DNA of 63,744 bases, filler included, from Octopus bimaculoides (GCF_001194135.2; 7 parts of 6 records of this genome joined end to end with filler, not necessarily neighbours in it), one strand, 5' to 3'. Counted from the first letter of the whole stretch, positions 1 to 12,960 are shown. Program-made: numbers and translations. The notes: generated by a model not told the origin, from the letters alone.

Positions 1-54
<54 letters not shown>

Positions 55-55
55 A

Positions 56-86
<31 letters not shown>

Positions 87-220
87 AACACGTATATATG
101 TATATATATATATACAAATATATATATATGAATATAATATATATGAGATAAAAACATGCACACACATATATGCACACATACATATATAATTATATATATG
201 CATGTATATATACATAAGTA

Positions 221-572
221 CAGGTATGGCTGTATGGTAAGAAGTTTGCTTCTTAACAAGGTCTTGAGTTCACTCCCTCTGCATGTCACCTTGGGTAAGT
301 GTCTTCTACTATAACCGAGGGCCAATCAACGCCTTGTGTGTGGATTTAGTTGATGGAAACTAGTAGATGTCGTATATGTGTGTGTGTTTATATCTGTGTT
401 TGTCTTCCACCACCACTTAACATCTGGTGCTGGTGTGTTTACATCCCCACAACTTGGCAGATCAGTAAAAGAAACCAATAGAATAAAGACTGGGGTTAAT
501 TCGTTTGGTTCAAATTCTTCAAGGTGGTGCCCCAGCATGGCCACAGTCAACTGACTGAAACAAGATAAAAGA
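221..572 (+). mobile_element. tRNA-derived SINE, family A (abundant octopus-type), near full length
   Basis: A-box-like TGGCTGTATGG and degenerate B-box. Body and tail (...CAGCATGGCCACAGTCAACTGACTGAAACAAGATAAAAGA) recur many times in the window. Confidence 0.85.
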
Positions 573-1048
573 TATATATATATATATGTTATATACATCT
601 ATATCTATATATATATAAAACTGAGAATGTGTGTGTGTGCATGTGTATGTGTGTGTGTGCATGTGTATGTGTGTGTGTGTCTGTCTATCTGCATGTGTGC
701 ATCTCTAAAACTCGAGAACTACCCAACCAATTTTATTCAAATTTTATACATGCCTTACTTAGGGTCCATGTAGTGTTATGGGCCAAAAATAATTTTCAAC
801 CTCTTGTCTCATGTGAGCCCGGAACAATCTCTTATCTCTTACGCTATTTCAGTAGTACGTATCAAAAGTGAAACAATAACATCTGTATTGTAATGTGAGA
901 TAATACTTTCAGTTTAATACTTTCACTATTAAATCTTTCAATATGTATATAATATATACATAATGAAAAAATTAATACTGACACTATCATATTACATATA
1001 TACATGCATACATACATACACACACACATACACACACACACACACACA

Positions 1049-1085
<37 letters not shown>

Positions 1086-1400
1086 NNNNNNNNNNNNNNN
1101 NNNNNNNNNNNNNNNNNNNNNNNNNNNNNNNNNNNNNNNNNNNNNNNNNNNNNNNNNNNNNNNNNNNNNNNNNNNNNNNNNNNNNNNNNNNNNNNNNNNN
1201 NNNNNNNNNNNNNNNNNNNNNNNNNNNNNNNNNNNNNNNNNNNNNNNNNNNNNNNNNNNNNNNNNNNNNNNNNNNNNNNNNNNNNNNNNNNNNNNNNNNN
1301 NNNNNNNNNNNNNNNNNNNNNNNNNNNNNNNNNNNNNNNNNNNNNNNNNNNNNNNNNNNNNNNNNNNNNNNNNNNNNNNNNNNNNNNNNNNNNNNNNNNN

Positions 1401-1790
1401 AGTGAAATCGAAATCAAATCAAATTCGCAGATTCGATGACTGGCACCCATGCCAGTGGAGTGCTAAGAGCACCATCCAAGCAGGATCGCTGCCAGAGCAG
1501 CTGACTGGCTTCCATGCCAGTGGCACGTAAAAAGCACCATTCGAGCGTGATCGTTACCAGCGTCGCCTTACTGGCAATTGTGCCGGTAGCACGTAAAAAA
1601 CACCACTTGAGTGTGGCCATTGCCAGTGGCACATAAAAGTACCCACTACACTCTCAGAGTGGTTGACGTTAGAAACTCTGCCAGATCAGATTGGAGGCTG
1701 TTGCAGCCATCTGGTTCGCCAGTCCTCAGTCAAATCGTCCAACCCATGCTAGCATGGAAAGTGGACGTTAAATGATGTTGATGATAATAA
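1401..1790 (+). mobile_element. RTE-type LINE 3' UTR/tail fragment
   Basis: Matches 10870-11340, 13190-13560 and the reverse complement of 8760-9050. Has internal GTGGCACGTAAAAAGCACC repeats and ends CCAACCCATGCTAGCATGGAAAGTGGACGTTAAATGATG. Confidence 0.7.
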
Positions 1791-1824
<34 letters not shown>

Positions 1825-1827
<3 letters not shown>

Positions 1828-2990
1828 CATATAATGATATCTACCCAATGTATTGGTGAGATAAAACATGTAATCGTTAGCAAAATAGCAAAAATTCGTC
1901 CCCAAAGGTCTATAGTAAACTTCTTATGGATCGAGCTCCTTGGTTATATATCAAAAATTTAAATAAGAGTTTTGACGCTAATATCCATTTCTATTAAAGT
2001 TTATTACTTATATCAACATTTCTGTATAAGGTCAAATTCAACTCTCAATTCAAGTTAAATATATCAGTAAGTGGAGTAATCATCCTAGAAAAATTATCGA
2101 TAATTTAGTAAGAAATATTTCATTAAGACTTTCTAAGTTATCTGCAAATGATAGGATTTTTGATAATGAAGCTCAATTCTATAATTCAGCGTTAAATAGG
2201 GCATGATACAAAGAGAAGGTTTACTATGTCAAACCTGATTGTAACAATATTAAGACAGATATGAATTATAAGAATAATAAGTATAAGAATAAGCTAAGAG
2301 GAAATAAGGAAAATAAACCCAGAGATATTCATAAACGTAACATAGGTAATTAAAAATTTTTAAAGAATTATACAAATAACTGTGATAACACTAAAGATGA
2401 TAATGTTTGGTTCATAGTCCCTTTTGGTAGAAATGTTAAATCTAATTTGGTTGCACAGTTTAGAGAGGTGATAAGTAGATATTTCCCAAAGAATTCACAT
2501 TATGGTAAAATTATTAATACACATAGCATTAGGTTTGGTTTCTCAAACACTAAGAACTTAGCCCAAATAATTGCAGCTCATAATTTTAAAATACTTAAAT
2601 CAAAGGGAATTGGGGAGGATAGTGATGAGAACCCTGATATAAATAATAATCATTGTAATAATCATACTAGGATTACAGTAACAGAGGTTAACCCCAGAAG
2701 ATTGAAGTTTGAAGGCCCAAATGCGAGATCGAAGAATATAGTTTATCAATGTAAGGTAATGACCCAAACAGATGTTAACATATGCGTGGGTTGTTCTTCG
2801 GAACAAATTTGTAAACGAATATCAAATCATTATAATACGTTTAGAGATAGAAGTAAAATAACGAATATTAGTATTAGTAAATTTATTTGGGAACTGAAGG
2901 AACAAAAAAAGCAATATTCGTTAGAATGGTCAATTATTGGAAAATATTTCCCTTATTACAAAGGTAAGAGATATTGCTCGCTGTGCAATC
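1825..2990 (+). mobile_element. Penelope-like retroelement remnant (RT thumb plus GIY-YIG endonuclease), degenerate, runs into a gap
   Basis: Around 2060-2210 reads YISKWSNHPRKIIDNLVRNISLRLSKLSANDRIFDNEAQFYNSALNRA*YKE (PLE thumb-like). ORF 2447 contains NIVYQCKVMTQTDVNICVGCSSEQICKRISNHYNTF...SKFIWELKEQ...LEWSII...CSLCN (PLE GIY-YIG). Confidence 0.85.
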
Positions 2991-3568
2991 NNNNNNNNNN
3001 NNNNNNNNNNNNNNNNNNNNNNNNNNNNNNNNNNNNNNNNNNNNNNNNNNNNNNNNNNNNNNNNNNNNNNNNNNNNNNNNNNNNNNNNNNNNNNNNNNNN
3101 NNNNNNNNNNNNNNNNNNNNNNNNNNNNNNNNNNNNNNNNNNNNNNNNNNNNNNNNNNNNNNNNNNNNNNNNNNNNNNNNNNNNNNNNNNNNNNNNNNNN
3201 NNNNNNNNNNNNNNNNNNNNNNNNNNNNNNNNNNNNNNNNNNNNNNNNNNNNNNNNNNNNNNNNNNNNNNNNNNNNNNNNNNNNNNNNNNNNNNNNNNNN
3301 NNNNNNNNNNNNNNNNNNNNNNNNNNNNNNNNNNNNNNNNNNNNNNNNNNNNNNNNNNNNNNNNNNNNNNNNNNNNNNNNNNNNNNNNNNNNNNNNNNNN
3401 NNNNNNNNNNNNNNNNNNNNNNNNNNNNNNNNNNNNNNNNNNNNNNNNNNNNNNNNNNNNNNNNNNNNNNNNNNNNNNNNNNNNNNNNNNNNNNNNNNNN
3501 NNNNNNNNNNNNNNNNNNNNNNNNNNNNNNNNNNNNNNNTTTACCCTGAGAATGTGTAAGGTAATTTA

Positions 3569-3675
3569 CTTAACTTGAATTGAGAGTTGAATTTGACCTT
3601 ATACAGAAATGTTGACATAGGTAATAAACTTTAATATAAATGGATATTAGCATCAAAACTCTTATTTAAATTTTT
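3569..3675 (-). mobile_element. Inverted duplicate of part of the adjacent Penelope element
   Basis: Reverse complement closely matches 1954-2057. Confidence 0.85.
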
Positions 3676-3826
3676 TTAATATATATATAAGTTTATCTAA
3701 ATTTATATATATATATATATATGCATATATATATATATAGTGAGAATTTACAAAAAACAAAAGACGAAGATGAGTGTGTAAACAACAAACAGATGTATTA
3801 GTTTAACGCTCGAGAAGTGAGAAAGT

Positions 3827-3862
3827 CTTTTACGCTTGGAGCCTATGCTCTTCGACAGAAAG
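3827..3862 (-). ncRNA. Degenerate minimal hammerhead-like motif in a short interspersed element (about 3740-3900)
   Basis: Minus strand: CTTT CTGTCGA A GAGC ATAG GCTC CAAG CGT A AAAG. Stems I and II pair, but the core is mutated (A6 to T; GAAA to CAAG). Confidence 0.5.
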
Positions 3863-3982
3863 GAACACAGAAATAAACAGGGAGAGAAAATGAAAAAATG
3901 TTTAGTTGTCAAGATGCAATGCAGTGGGACTGAACCCGGAACTATGTGGTTGGGAAGAAAGCCTCTTACCACACAGGCGCGC

Positions 3983-4290
3983 CTATGCCTTTGTACAAAT
4001 TCTTTCATGCACATTTACATTATACATCCAATGGAACATGCTCACATCAGTTCTCTCCAGTCTTCTCAAATCTTCCATATACAAAGTCCATATTTGACCA
4101 CCATGCAGCATTGCAGTTCTGACACAAGCATCATGCAATCTGCCCTTCATTGTTAGGGAAAAGATTTTTGTTGCTAGCACTAGTGACAGTTGCCTGAACT
4201 TTTGTCAACCAGTTCTAACTCTAGCAACCACACACCCGAGCAACCATGACTCTATGAATATAATGCCAACAATCACAACATACATTAAAA
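3983..4290 (-). mobile_element. RTE-clade LINE fragment (post-RT C-terminal region)
   Basis: LATKIFSLTMKGRLHDACVRTAMLHGGQIWTLYMEDLRRLERTDVSMFHWMYNV resembles the RTE motif KGRLY.ACVR.AMLHGSETW...L.R.E..MLRWMC. Confidence 0.8.
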
Positions 4291-5748
4291 GTAAAAATAA
4301 CTCAACTATACAATACCAAATACACTAAATCTTTACTAATACAGGCAGTTAGCAAGGTTATAAAGCTCTCTATGCATTGTTACAACCACAGCTACACACA
4401 CACACACATACATACATACATACATACATACATACATACACATATATATGGATGTGTATATATATATATATANNNNNNNNNNNNNNNNNNNNNNNNNNNN
4501 NNNNNNNNNNNNNNNNNNNNNNNNNNNNNNNNNNNNNNNNNNNNNNNNNNNNNNNNNNNNNNNNNNNNNNNNNNNNNNNNNNNNNNNNNNNNNNNNNNNN
4601 NNNNNNNNNNNNNNNNNNNNNNNNNNNNNNNNNNNNNNNNNNNNNNNNNNNNNNNNNNNNNNNNNNNNNNNNNNNNNNNNNNNNNNNNNNNNNNNNNNNN
4701 NNNNNNNNNNNNNNNNNNNNNNNNNNNNNNNNNNNNNNNNNNNNNNNNNNNNNNNNNNNNNNNNNNNNNNNNNNNNNNNNNNNNNNNNNNNNNNNNNNNN
4801 NNNNNNNNNNNNNNNNNNNNNNNNNNNNNNNNNNNNNNNNNNNNNNNNNNNNNNNNNNNNNNNNNNNNNNNNNNNNNNNNNNNNNNNNNNNNNNNNNNNN
4901 NNNNNNNNNNNNNNNNNNNNNNNNNNNNNNNNNNNNNNNNNNNNNNNNNNNNNNNNNNNNNNNNNNNNNNNNNNNNNNNNNNNNNNNNNNNNNNNNNNNN
5001 NNNNNNNNNNNNNNNNNNNNNNNNNNNNNNNNNNNNNNNNNNNNNNNNNNNNNNNNNNNNNNNNNNNNNNNNNNNNNNNNNNNNNNNNNNNNNNNNNNNN
5101 NNNNNNNNNNNNNNNNNNNNNNNNNNNNNNNNNNNNNNNNNNNCTGCCGTTACCATATTAGGACAATGGGCTTAGAGCAACAGGTCAAACAAGTTTCTTT
5201 TCTTTGGTGTCGACTGTGAAACATAAATTGGAAATTAAGGAAAAAATTGCAATTTTTTTCCTTAGGACTGTGACAACAACAACAACAACAATAATGGTAG
5301 TAACAACAACAACAACGAGTGCAACAGCAAAGACGACGACGACGACAACTACTACTACTACTACTACAATAACAAAAGCAACAATAAGTACAATAACAAT
5401 AACAATAACAACAACAACGACGGCGATAGTAACAACAACAATGACTGCAACAATAAAGACAACAACAACAACAACAACAAAGACGACTGCAACAACAACG
5501 ACAATGATGGTAGTAACAACAAGAATAGCAAATGCTACTACAACAAAAACAATAACAGAAGCAAAGACTACAATAACAAAAAAAACGCAACAAAAACAAC
5601 AGTCAATATCAGAAACAACAAAAATAACAACAAAAACAACAAGAATAACAAAAATAACAACAAAAACAACAACAGCAGTGTCAACAACAGCAACAAAAAT
5701 AAGGACAACAACAACAACAGCAGCAGCAGCGATGACTTCTCTCTTGAT

Positions 5749-5910
5749 GTAGGTGTGGCTGTGTTGGAAAAAAAAACGTTTGCTTACCAACTATATGGTT
5801 TCAGGTTCAGTCCCACTATGCTGCACCTTCTGCAGGTGTCTTTTACTGTAACCATGGGTCAACCAATGAGTTTGTGAGTGGATTTGGTAGGTGGAAACTG
5901 AAAGAAGCCT
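5749..5910 (+). mobile_element. SINE family A, 5' half
   Basis: GTGTGGCTGTGTTGG...GGTTCAGTCCC A/B boxes; ends GGAAACTGAAAGAAGCC. Confidence 0.8.
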
Positions 5911-6094
5911 GTTTTATCTAGTCTGTCAATCTATCTATCTGTCTGTCTATCTGTCTATCTATCTATCTATCTATCTATNNNNNNNNNNNNNNNNNNNNNN
6001 NNNNNNNNNNNNNNNNNNNNNNNNNNNNNNNNNNNNNNNNNNNNNNNNNNNNNNNNNNNNNNNNNNNNNNNNNNNNNNATATATATATATATAT

Positions 6095-6285
6095 GTGCAC
6101 ACACCCACAGAATGGGCTTCTACACAATTTCTGTCAACAAAACTCCATCTCAAGTTATTGGTTGGCGCAGGTCTATAGAAGTAAACACTTGTGGCCAAGG
6201 TTCCACATACTAGGACTGAACCCAAGACCACACGGTTGCAAAGCAACCCTCTCTTATCCACACAGCCATGGCAGCACCTACACAC
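6095..6285 (-). mobile_element. SINE family A, 5' half, inverted relative to the 5749 copy
   Basis: Reverse complement gives TGGCTGTGTGG...GGTTCAGTCC...GACAGAAATTGTGTAGAAGCCC. Confidence 0.75.
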
Positions 6286-6339
6286 CTACATGTGTATAGG
6301 TACACATATCCATAGGCACACATACGTGTATGTATACAT

Positions 6340-6500
6340 GTATGTATTTGGATTTGCTTTGGTCCTTTGCCATCTCCGTCGTCAGGCTCAACATTGTCAG
6401 GCGCCAGTTTCCATTTCTTTCTCCGTCTTCTTCGGTCCTTCCAGGCGGTTCTCTCACCCATATGTCCACACCATCCCAGTCTTATCTCTTGCATACAACA
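6340..6500 (-). mobile_element. Possible RTE LINE C-terminal remnant
   Basis: IRLGWCGHMGERTAW...KKWK resembles the LINE motif RL.W.GHV.R...W; short and degenerate. Confidence 0.35.
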
Positions 6501-6918
6501 CCTGATTTCCTTTCACACCTGTTTCTTTTTTTTTGTTTTTTTCCTCCCTCAGCCCATTCTAATTGCTATTCATTGCACGTCCAGTGAAGCATGGTCATTG
6601 TGTTTATAGCAGTTGTATATGTGTGTGTTTGTGTGTGTATGTGTAGGAGTGCGTGAGCTTATATATGTAAATGCCCCTTTTTCTTGTGCATGCTTGTATC
6701 CTTTTTTGATGTATGTGTATTTGTGTGTGCGTATATAAATATACAGATACATGTATACAAATATATATACACACATATGTACATATACATACATATATTT
6801 ATACTTATAGACATACACATGTACATAGATACATATGTAGATATATATACATACATATATATATATATATATATNNNNNNNNNNNNNNNNNNNNNNNNNN
6901 NNNNNNNNNNNNNNNNNN

Positions 6919-6930
6919 TTAATTAATTAA
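6919..6930. other. Artificial scaffold linker TTAATTAATTAA within Ns (also 29038, 37832, 49131, 57859, 60887)
   Basis: Identical 12-mer with stops in all six frames, always embedded in N runs. Confidence 0.9.
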
Positions 6931-7225
6931 NNNNNNNNNNNNNNNNNNNNNNNNNNNNNNNNNNNNNNNNNNNNAGAAAATATAGAATATTATCAGTTTC
7001 GATGATGAATCTCATCTTATCAAATATTAGTAAAGGTTTATAAAAATTTGTGGTAAAAATAGTTTATCTTCTGTCTGGGGGTCAAAAGCATGTCTGGAGT
7101 TGATGTTTTCTTTAAATATAGTTTGGTATAAAGTTCAAGATATTAGGGCAGGATTGTAGTTGTCTATTGTCTAAAAAAAAATCTCTGTGGGTTCCTGCCA
7201 GGGTAGTGGCTTAAAAGCATGTATA

Positions 7226-7522
7226 CAGGGTGTCCACAAAGTCTGGGTACATGGGGATTAACACATACTTTAAGAAATTATTATTTCTTATATTTAATTG
7301 TTTATGTCATGATTTTATTTACTCCATGTACCCACATGGGGATTAACAAATACTTTAAGAAATTATTATTTCTTATACTTAATTATTTATGCTATGATTT
7401 TATTTACTCCATGTACCCACATGAGGATTAACACATACTTTAATAAATTATTATTTCTTATATTTAATTGTTTATGCTATGATTTTATTTACTCCATGTA
7501 CCCAGACTTTGTGGACACCCTG
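7226..7522. mobile_element. Tc1/mariner-type MITE with TA TSD and three internal 85-bp tandem units
   Basis: TIR CAGGGTGTCCACAAAGTCTGGGTACATGG (7226-7254) with perfect inverse at 7494-7522. TA at 7224-7225 and 7523-7524. Units start at 7251, 7336 and 7421. Confidence 0.92.
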
Positions 7523-8216
7523 TATATATCACTTTTAGTTTATCTTTACAGGTTGCCTATTGAAAGTTACAATGTTTCGTAGGCAAATACATCCATGTAA
7601 ACATGTGACTGAAGATAGTAGAACACATAACGAGTGTACATGCATATTTCAGGAGTTATTGCTTCAGTGCCACATCCAACCAATTAACTAATCCACAACC
7701 ACAATGCTTAGATAGCTACTAAGATTAGCAGATTAACAGTATTAGATGGACCAATTTACATATAAAACAGATTCCTAGCAACTGGTAGGTAAATATTAAA
7801 TTGGTAGTAGGGTTATCATATTCGTTTTGTAACCTTAATAACCCATCAAGTACATCAAATGTCTATAAGTCAATACAGTGGTCTGTTTTAGTATTAGTAG
7901 TATGATGCAATCACTTTTAAGTTATCTGTACACTTGCCAGGAATGTTTTTAATATGTGAAACTGGTCTATCCAATAGTGTTATGCTGCTAAACTTAGTGG
8001 CTATTTAAGTGATGTATGCGATACTGAAGAAAGAGCAAGAAATCCTGAAATGTGCACGTACACCCATTTCCTATTTTTCTATCTTTGGTTGCATTATTTA
8101 CATAGGTGTATTCCTATACGAAACATTTTAACTTTCAGTGCTGGCTCTACAACAGTCCCAGGCCAGACAAAAGCCTTATGAATGGATTTGGTAGATGAAA
8201 ACTGAAAGAAGCCCAT

Positions 8217-8248
<32 letters not shown>

Positions 8249-8692
8249 GTAGACTTACTTGCAAAAAAGGACGTGTGCGTTCAATAATGTAATAATACAA
8301 AGAATATATATACATGTATACACACATATATGTACATACTTACATCTACATGTGTATATATATGCATATCAGGGTACAGGACGTTAGAACAGTAAACTAC
8401 AGACAACGGAACGAACACATAGGAAAACGGAAAGCCACTTGGAATATCCCTTCATCAGCTGTCTCTATTCTATCTAGACGTTTCGAAGATAAGACACACA
8501 CATATATATATATAATATACACACACATATATCATCATCATCATCATCATCNNNNNNNNNNNNNNNNNNNNNNNNNNNNNNNNNNNNNNNNNNNNNNNNN
8601 NNNNNNNNNNNNNNNNNNNNNNNNNNNNNNNNNNNNNNNNNNNNNNNNNNNNNNNNNNNNNNNNNATATGTATGTATGCATGTATGTATGTG

Positions 8693-8724
<32 letters not shown>

Positions 8725-8759
8725 TATATATATATAATATACACACACATATATCATCA

Positions 8760-9050
8760 TCATCATCATCATCATCATCGTTTAACGTCCGCTTTCCATG
8801 CTAGCATAGGTTGGACGATTTGACTGAGGACTGGCAAACCAGATTGCTACACCAAGCGCCAATCTGATCTGGTAGAGTTTCTACAGCTGGATGCCCTTCC
8901 TAACGCCAACCACTCCGAGAGTGTAGTGGGTGCTTTTACATGCCACTGGTACGAGGGCCAGTCAAGCAGTACTGGCAACGGCCACGCTCAAATGGTGTTT
9001 TTTACATGCCACCTGCACAGGAGCCAGTCCAGCAGCACTGGCAATGACCT
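8760..9050 (-). mobile_element. RTE-type LINE 3' tail
   Basis: Reverse complement of the 1560-1790 sequence; abuts (CAT)n. Confidence 0.75.
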
Positions 9051-9510
9051 CAGAAATATGTTTCAAAAAGAAAATAGAAACTACACATGGAAAAGATATG
9101 GGGGAAGTAAGAAGAAAAAAAGCAAAAATGCACATTGGATATTAAAAAGAATAAAGGCTTTTTTATGAAAAGTAATGATAAATATATAGAATTAGATGAA
9201 CTGAGGTAGAATTAAGAGGAATAAAAGTCATTATCATGAATTGTTAAAGAGATTTAAGGTCGTACCAGTATCTATCGTCAATATTGAGGAAAAAAAATGT
9301 CACCAGAATTTTGGAAAAAAAATCTTTTTATTTCTTCATTAATATAAATGCTTTTGTTCTTTTCTCAAACTTGTCAAATAGAATTTTGTGAAGTACAAAC
9401 AGCTTGTTCATTTATATAAAACAGATGTTTTTTGGGGGTTTTGTTTTTTGGGTGAGGTTCCATGACAATGGAAATAGATAGAAAGATAGGTAGGTACATA
9501 GGTAGATAAT

Positions 9511-9585
<75 letters not shown>

Positions 9586-9609
9586 AGAGAGATAGACAGA
9601 TAGATTAGG

Positions 9610-9648
<39 letters not shown>

Positions 9649-10325
9649 GTAGAGAGATAAAAGCGGAGACAGTATATTTTGTATTCTAAATGTAACTCAG
9701 AGGAGAAAAAGAAAGAGGTAAAGAGAAGGAAAGAGGAGAAAAAAGAAAAAAAGGGAAAAAGAAAAAAGGAAAAAGAAAGAAAGGAAGAAAGGGGGTGGAG
9801 AAAGAAAGCAAAAAGACTTTCAGTGAGGACCACATTACATAATTATTATTTTTTTTTTGAAGTTACCATCCTTAAACCCATTCCAATACAATGGTAAATG
9901 ACTAAATAAATGAATGGTGAATAGGAAGGGGGATCCCCTTTCTTTCTCTCCCTCTCCCTATCTATCTATCTATCTATCTAGTCACTTACTGTAATGTGTT
10001 TTTTCAATGACAATGACAATGACAATATTGGCCAAGGTTACTGTGATCTTTTCCATAGGCTTTTCTTTCCACAGATAAACCTAAACTGTTTCCCCTTTTA
10101 CACCATAACATTACTGTGATATACGATCCCTATTGATCACCTTTTTTCTCTCTCTCTCTTTATGATCCCTTTTGATCGAAAATCTACCCCACCTATTTCT
10201 TTTTTTCTCTCTCCTTCTCATCCCCAAAACGAAAAGCTCTACTTTGTAGCTTGTCCCCTCTGTGTTGAGCCCTGTGTGGCTAATAAAGAAACATATCTAT
10301 CTATCTATCTATCTATCTCTGTGTC

Positions 10326-10393
<68 letters not shown>

Positions 10394-10549
10394 GCTAGCT
10401 AGCTAGTCAGCTAGGTAGGTAGCTCTCTCTCTCTCTCAAGGAGAAGGAAGGACTCATACACATGCATGCATATATGCAGGTATTTATATATGTATGTATA
10501 TAGGTATATATATATGTATGTGTTCTTATGCATTAAGTATGTATGTGTG

Positions 10550-11342
10550 TATGCATTTGTGTGTGTATGTGTATAGGCCTCACTGAGGCAATGACTTGTG
10601 ACCGAGATTTGGAAATATGCAGTGCTTGAGAAAATTCGGCAAGCCAAGTGAGACCATAACCTGTGGCCTTTACCAGGGGTGTAGCCAGCCCACTTATGCA
10701 TACCTTTCCTTCTTTGGACACAAGACCCTGCTTGCGAAGACCTGTTGAGGCAAGTGAAATCAAAATTGAAATTGAACCAAAGTTGACGACTGGCACTCAT
10801 GCCAACCTTCCTTCATTGGACACTAAACTCTGCTTGCGAAGACCTGTTGGGGCAAATGAAATCGAAATTGAACCAAATTCGATGACTGGCACCCGTGCCA
10901 GTGGAGCGCTAACAGCACCATCCGAGCATGATCATTGCCAGAACAGCTGTCTGGCTTCCGCGCCGGTGGCACGTAAAAAGCACCATTTGAGTGTGATCAT
11001 TACCAGCATCCCCTTACTGGCACTTGTGCCGGTGGCATGTGAAAAAGACATTCGAGTGAGGTCATTGCCAGTGCCGCTGGACTTGCTCCTGTGCAGGTAG
11101 CACGTAAAAAACACCATTTGAGCATGGCCATTGCCAGTATTGCCTGACTGGTCCTTGTGCCGGTGGCACATAAAAGCACCCACTACACTCTTGGAGTGGT
11201 TGGCGTTAGGAAGGGCTTCCATCAGTAGAAACTCTGCCAGACCAGATTGGAGCCTGGTGTAGCTATCTGGTTTGCCAGTCCTCAGTCAAACCGTCCAACC
11301 CATGCTAGCATAGAAAGCGGACGTTAAACGATGATGATGATG
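10550..11342 (+). mobile_element. RTE-type LINE 3' end with internal about 100-bp tandem duplication and (GAT)n tail
   Basis: CCTTCCTTC.TTGGACAC...TGCTTGCGAAGACCTGTTG...GAAATTGAACCAAA occurs twice (about 10704-10800 and 10808-10890). Tail GCGGACGTTAAACGATGATGATGA. Confidence 0.75.
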
Positions 11343-11495
11343 TATGTGTATTTTTTCAATGTGTACAAATAACATGGAAAAATAAATAAATACTTACCAG
11401 GGTAACAAAAATTTCACATAAGTATGAAAGATGTAACAGCCTACTTAAAAGGTAAAAACTCCAGGGTTTAATGAAATGTTTTGTATAATATAGAT

Positions 11496-12034
11496 CAGTG
11501 GTTCCCAAACTATGAGTCGCGACCCACTGATGGGTCGTGAACGGAATCCTAGTGGGTCGCAAAAAGTTATAAAATTACGCATTAGCTTTGGTTAATTGCT
11601 GTCTATTGAGATAGTTCAAGACTCATGTTTTCAATACCAGACTGGTTGTTTTATCAAGCAGTAGGCTTTTCTCACGAACTTAACAAATCAGAGGTGGTCA
11701 TTTTCTCAAGTTATTTATTCGTACGTAATCGTAAAAAGGAAAAGTCTGTTTTTACCTATTTATAGAGAACTTTAACTAGGCGCAGTACAACAGTGATCGA
11801 GCTGATAACAGTTACTGCTTCAAGAGTTAATACTTGCCCATTGAACCTGATGTTAATTCTATTATTGAGCGTAGCAAGAAACAGGCTCATCCTTCTCACA
11901 GGCCTCAATAAAAATGTAATCTGAAATAAATTTGTTTCTTTCATTAATGTTTTTACCCAGTAGAGTTAAGTGGGTTGCCATAAACTGGTGTCATAAACAG
12001 TGGGTCGCATCTCTAAAAGGTTTGGGAACCACTG
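11496..12034. mobile_element. hAT-superfamily (Charlie-like) MITE
   Basis: TIR CAGTGGTTCCCAAAC / GTTTGGGAACCACTG. Perfect 8-bp TSD ATATAGAT at 11488-11495 and 12035-12042. No transposase ORF. Confidence 0.93.
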
Positions 12035-12354
12035 ATATAGATAAATAAATAAATGGTGTTATTCAAATTTTTATGCTTCCAACATATGTTTTGAAGAAAA
12101 CATTGGTATTATTCCAGAAGGAATAAAATGATGTAAAATAATCTGATCTTCTCATCAAGGAAAAAAAAGAGAAACAACATCAGTAAACCATTTTAACTGA
12201 ATATGATGATTGTGTATATGATGAAGGGAACGTTGGTAAGCTATTTTTAATAAAAAAAAACATTAATAAATTTAACATCAATTTCAATTTAGATAAAGAG
12301 AAGGAGGAGAAAGAAAGAAAATAGCAGAAAACTTAGAGTGGAGAAATGTAGTGC

Positions 12355-12475
12355 ATAAGACTCTGGTTTATGCAGGACTGTAGTAGAAAACACTTGCCCT
12401 AAGGTGCCATACAATGGGACTGAACTTGAAATCATGCGTTTGGAAAGCAAATCTGTTACATGGCCACACCTGCAG
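12355..12475 (-). mobile_element. SINE family A, 5' fragment
   Basis: CACTTGCCCTAAGGTGCC...GGGACTGAAC...CATGGCCACACCTGC is the reverse complement of the SINE head. Confidence 0.75.
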
Positions 12476-12866
12476 CTAAGGTAGAAAACTTTGCTGATGG
12501 GGCCAAGGTCAATGATCAGACGCACAATTAGATTTAAATGCTCTTCATACTGAACTTAATAACAGTAATAAAATGCTTTAATTGCTGTTTAGTATGCATG
12601 ACATTTTGATAAAATGGAAAAAATATATGCTAAGCTACAAAGACACAAATTAAAAGCCCTAAAACACATTTTGCTAAACAATTGGTATATTTTATAGCTA
12701 TTCACCAGGTATGGTTTATGGCTGGTATATATATTTTATAGACATGTCACAAGCAATTTCTTTTTTAAGATATCTGGAATTGAATATTTTTCTTTTTTAA
12801 AAAAGAACGACAAGAAAAACATAGCTGCCATTTAAACTGTATTTATACAACAACACATACACGCGT

Positions 12867-12960
<94 letters not shown>

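Noticed and set aside
5150-5790. Thr-rich mucin-like, Cys-rich and Val-rich ORFs
   Set aside because: All are translations of a degenerate (ACA/ACT)n array open in several frames on both strands; no splice or domain support.
6919-6930. Recurrent TTAATTAATTAA palindrome as a biological motif
   Set aside because: Always inside N runs; artificial scaffold linker.
8500-8780. Duplicated sequence on both sides of the gap (similarly around 52584-52635)
   Set aside because: Probably a gap-edge overlap artefact or simple-repeat echo rather than a real duplication.
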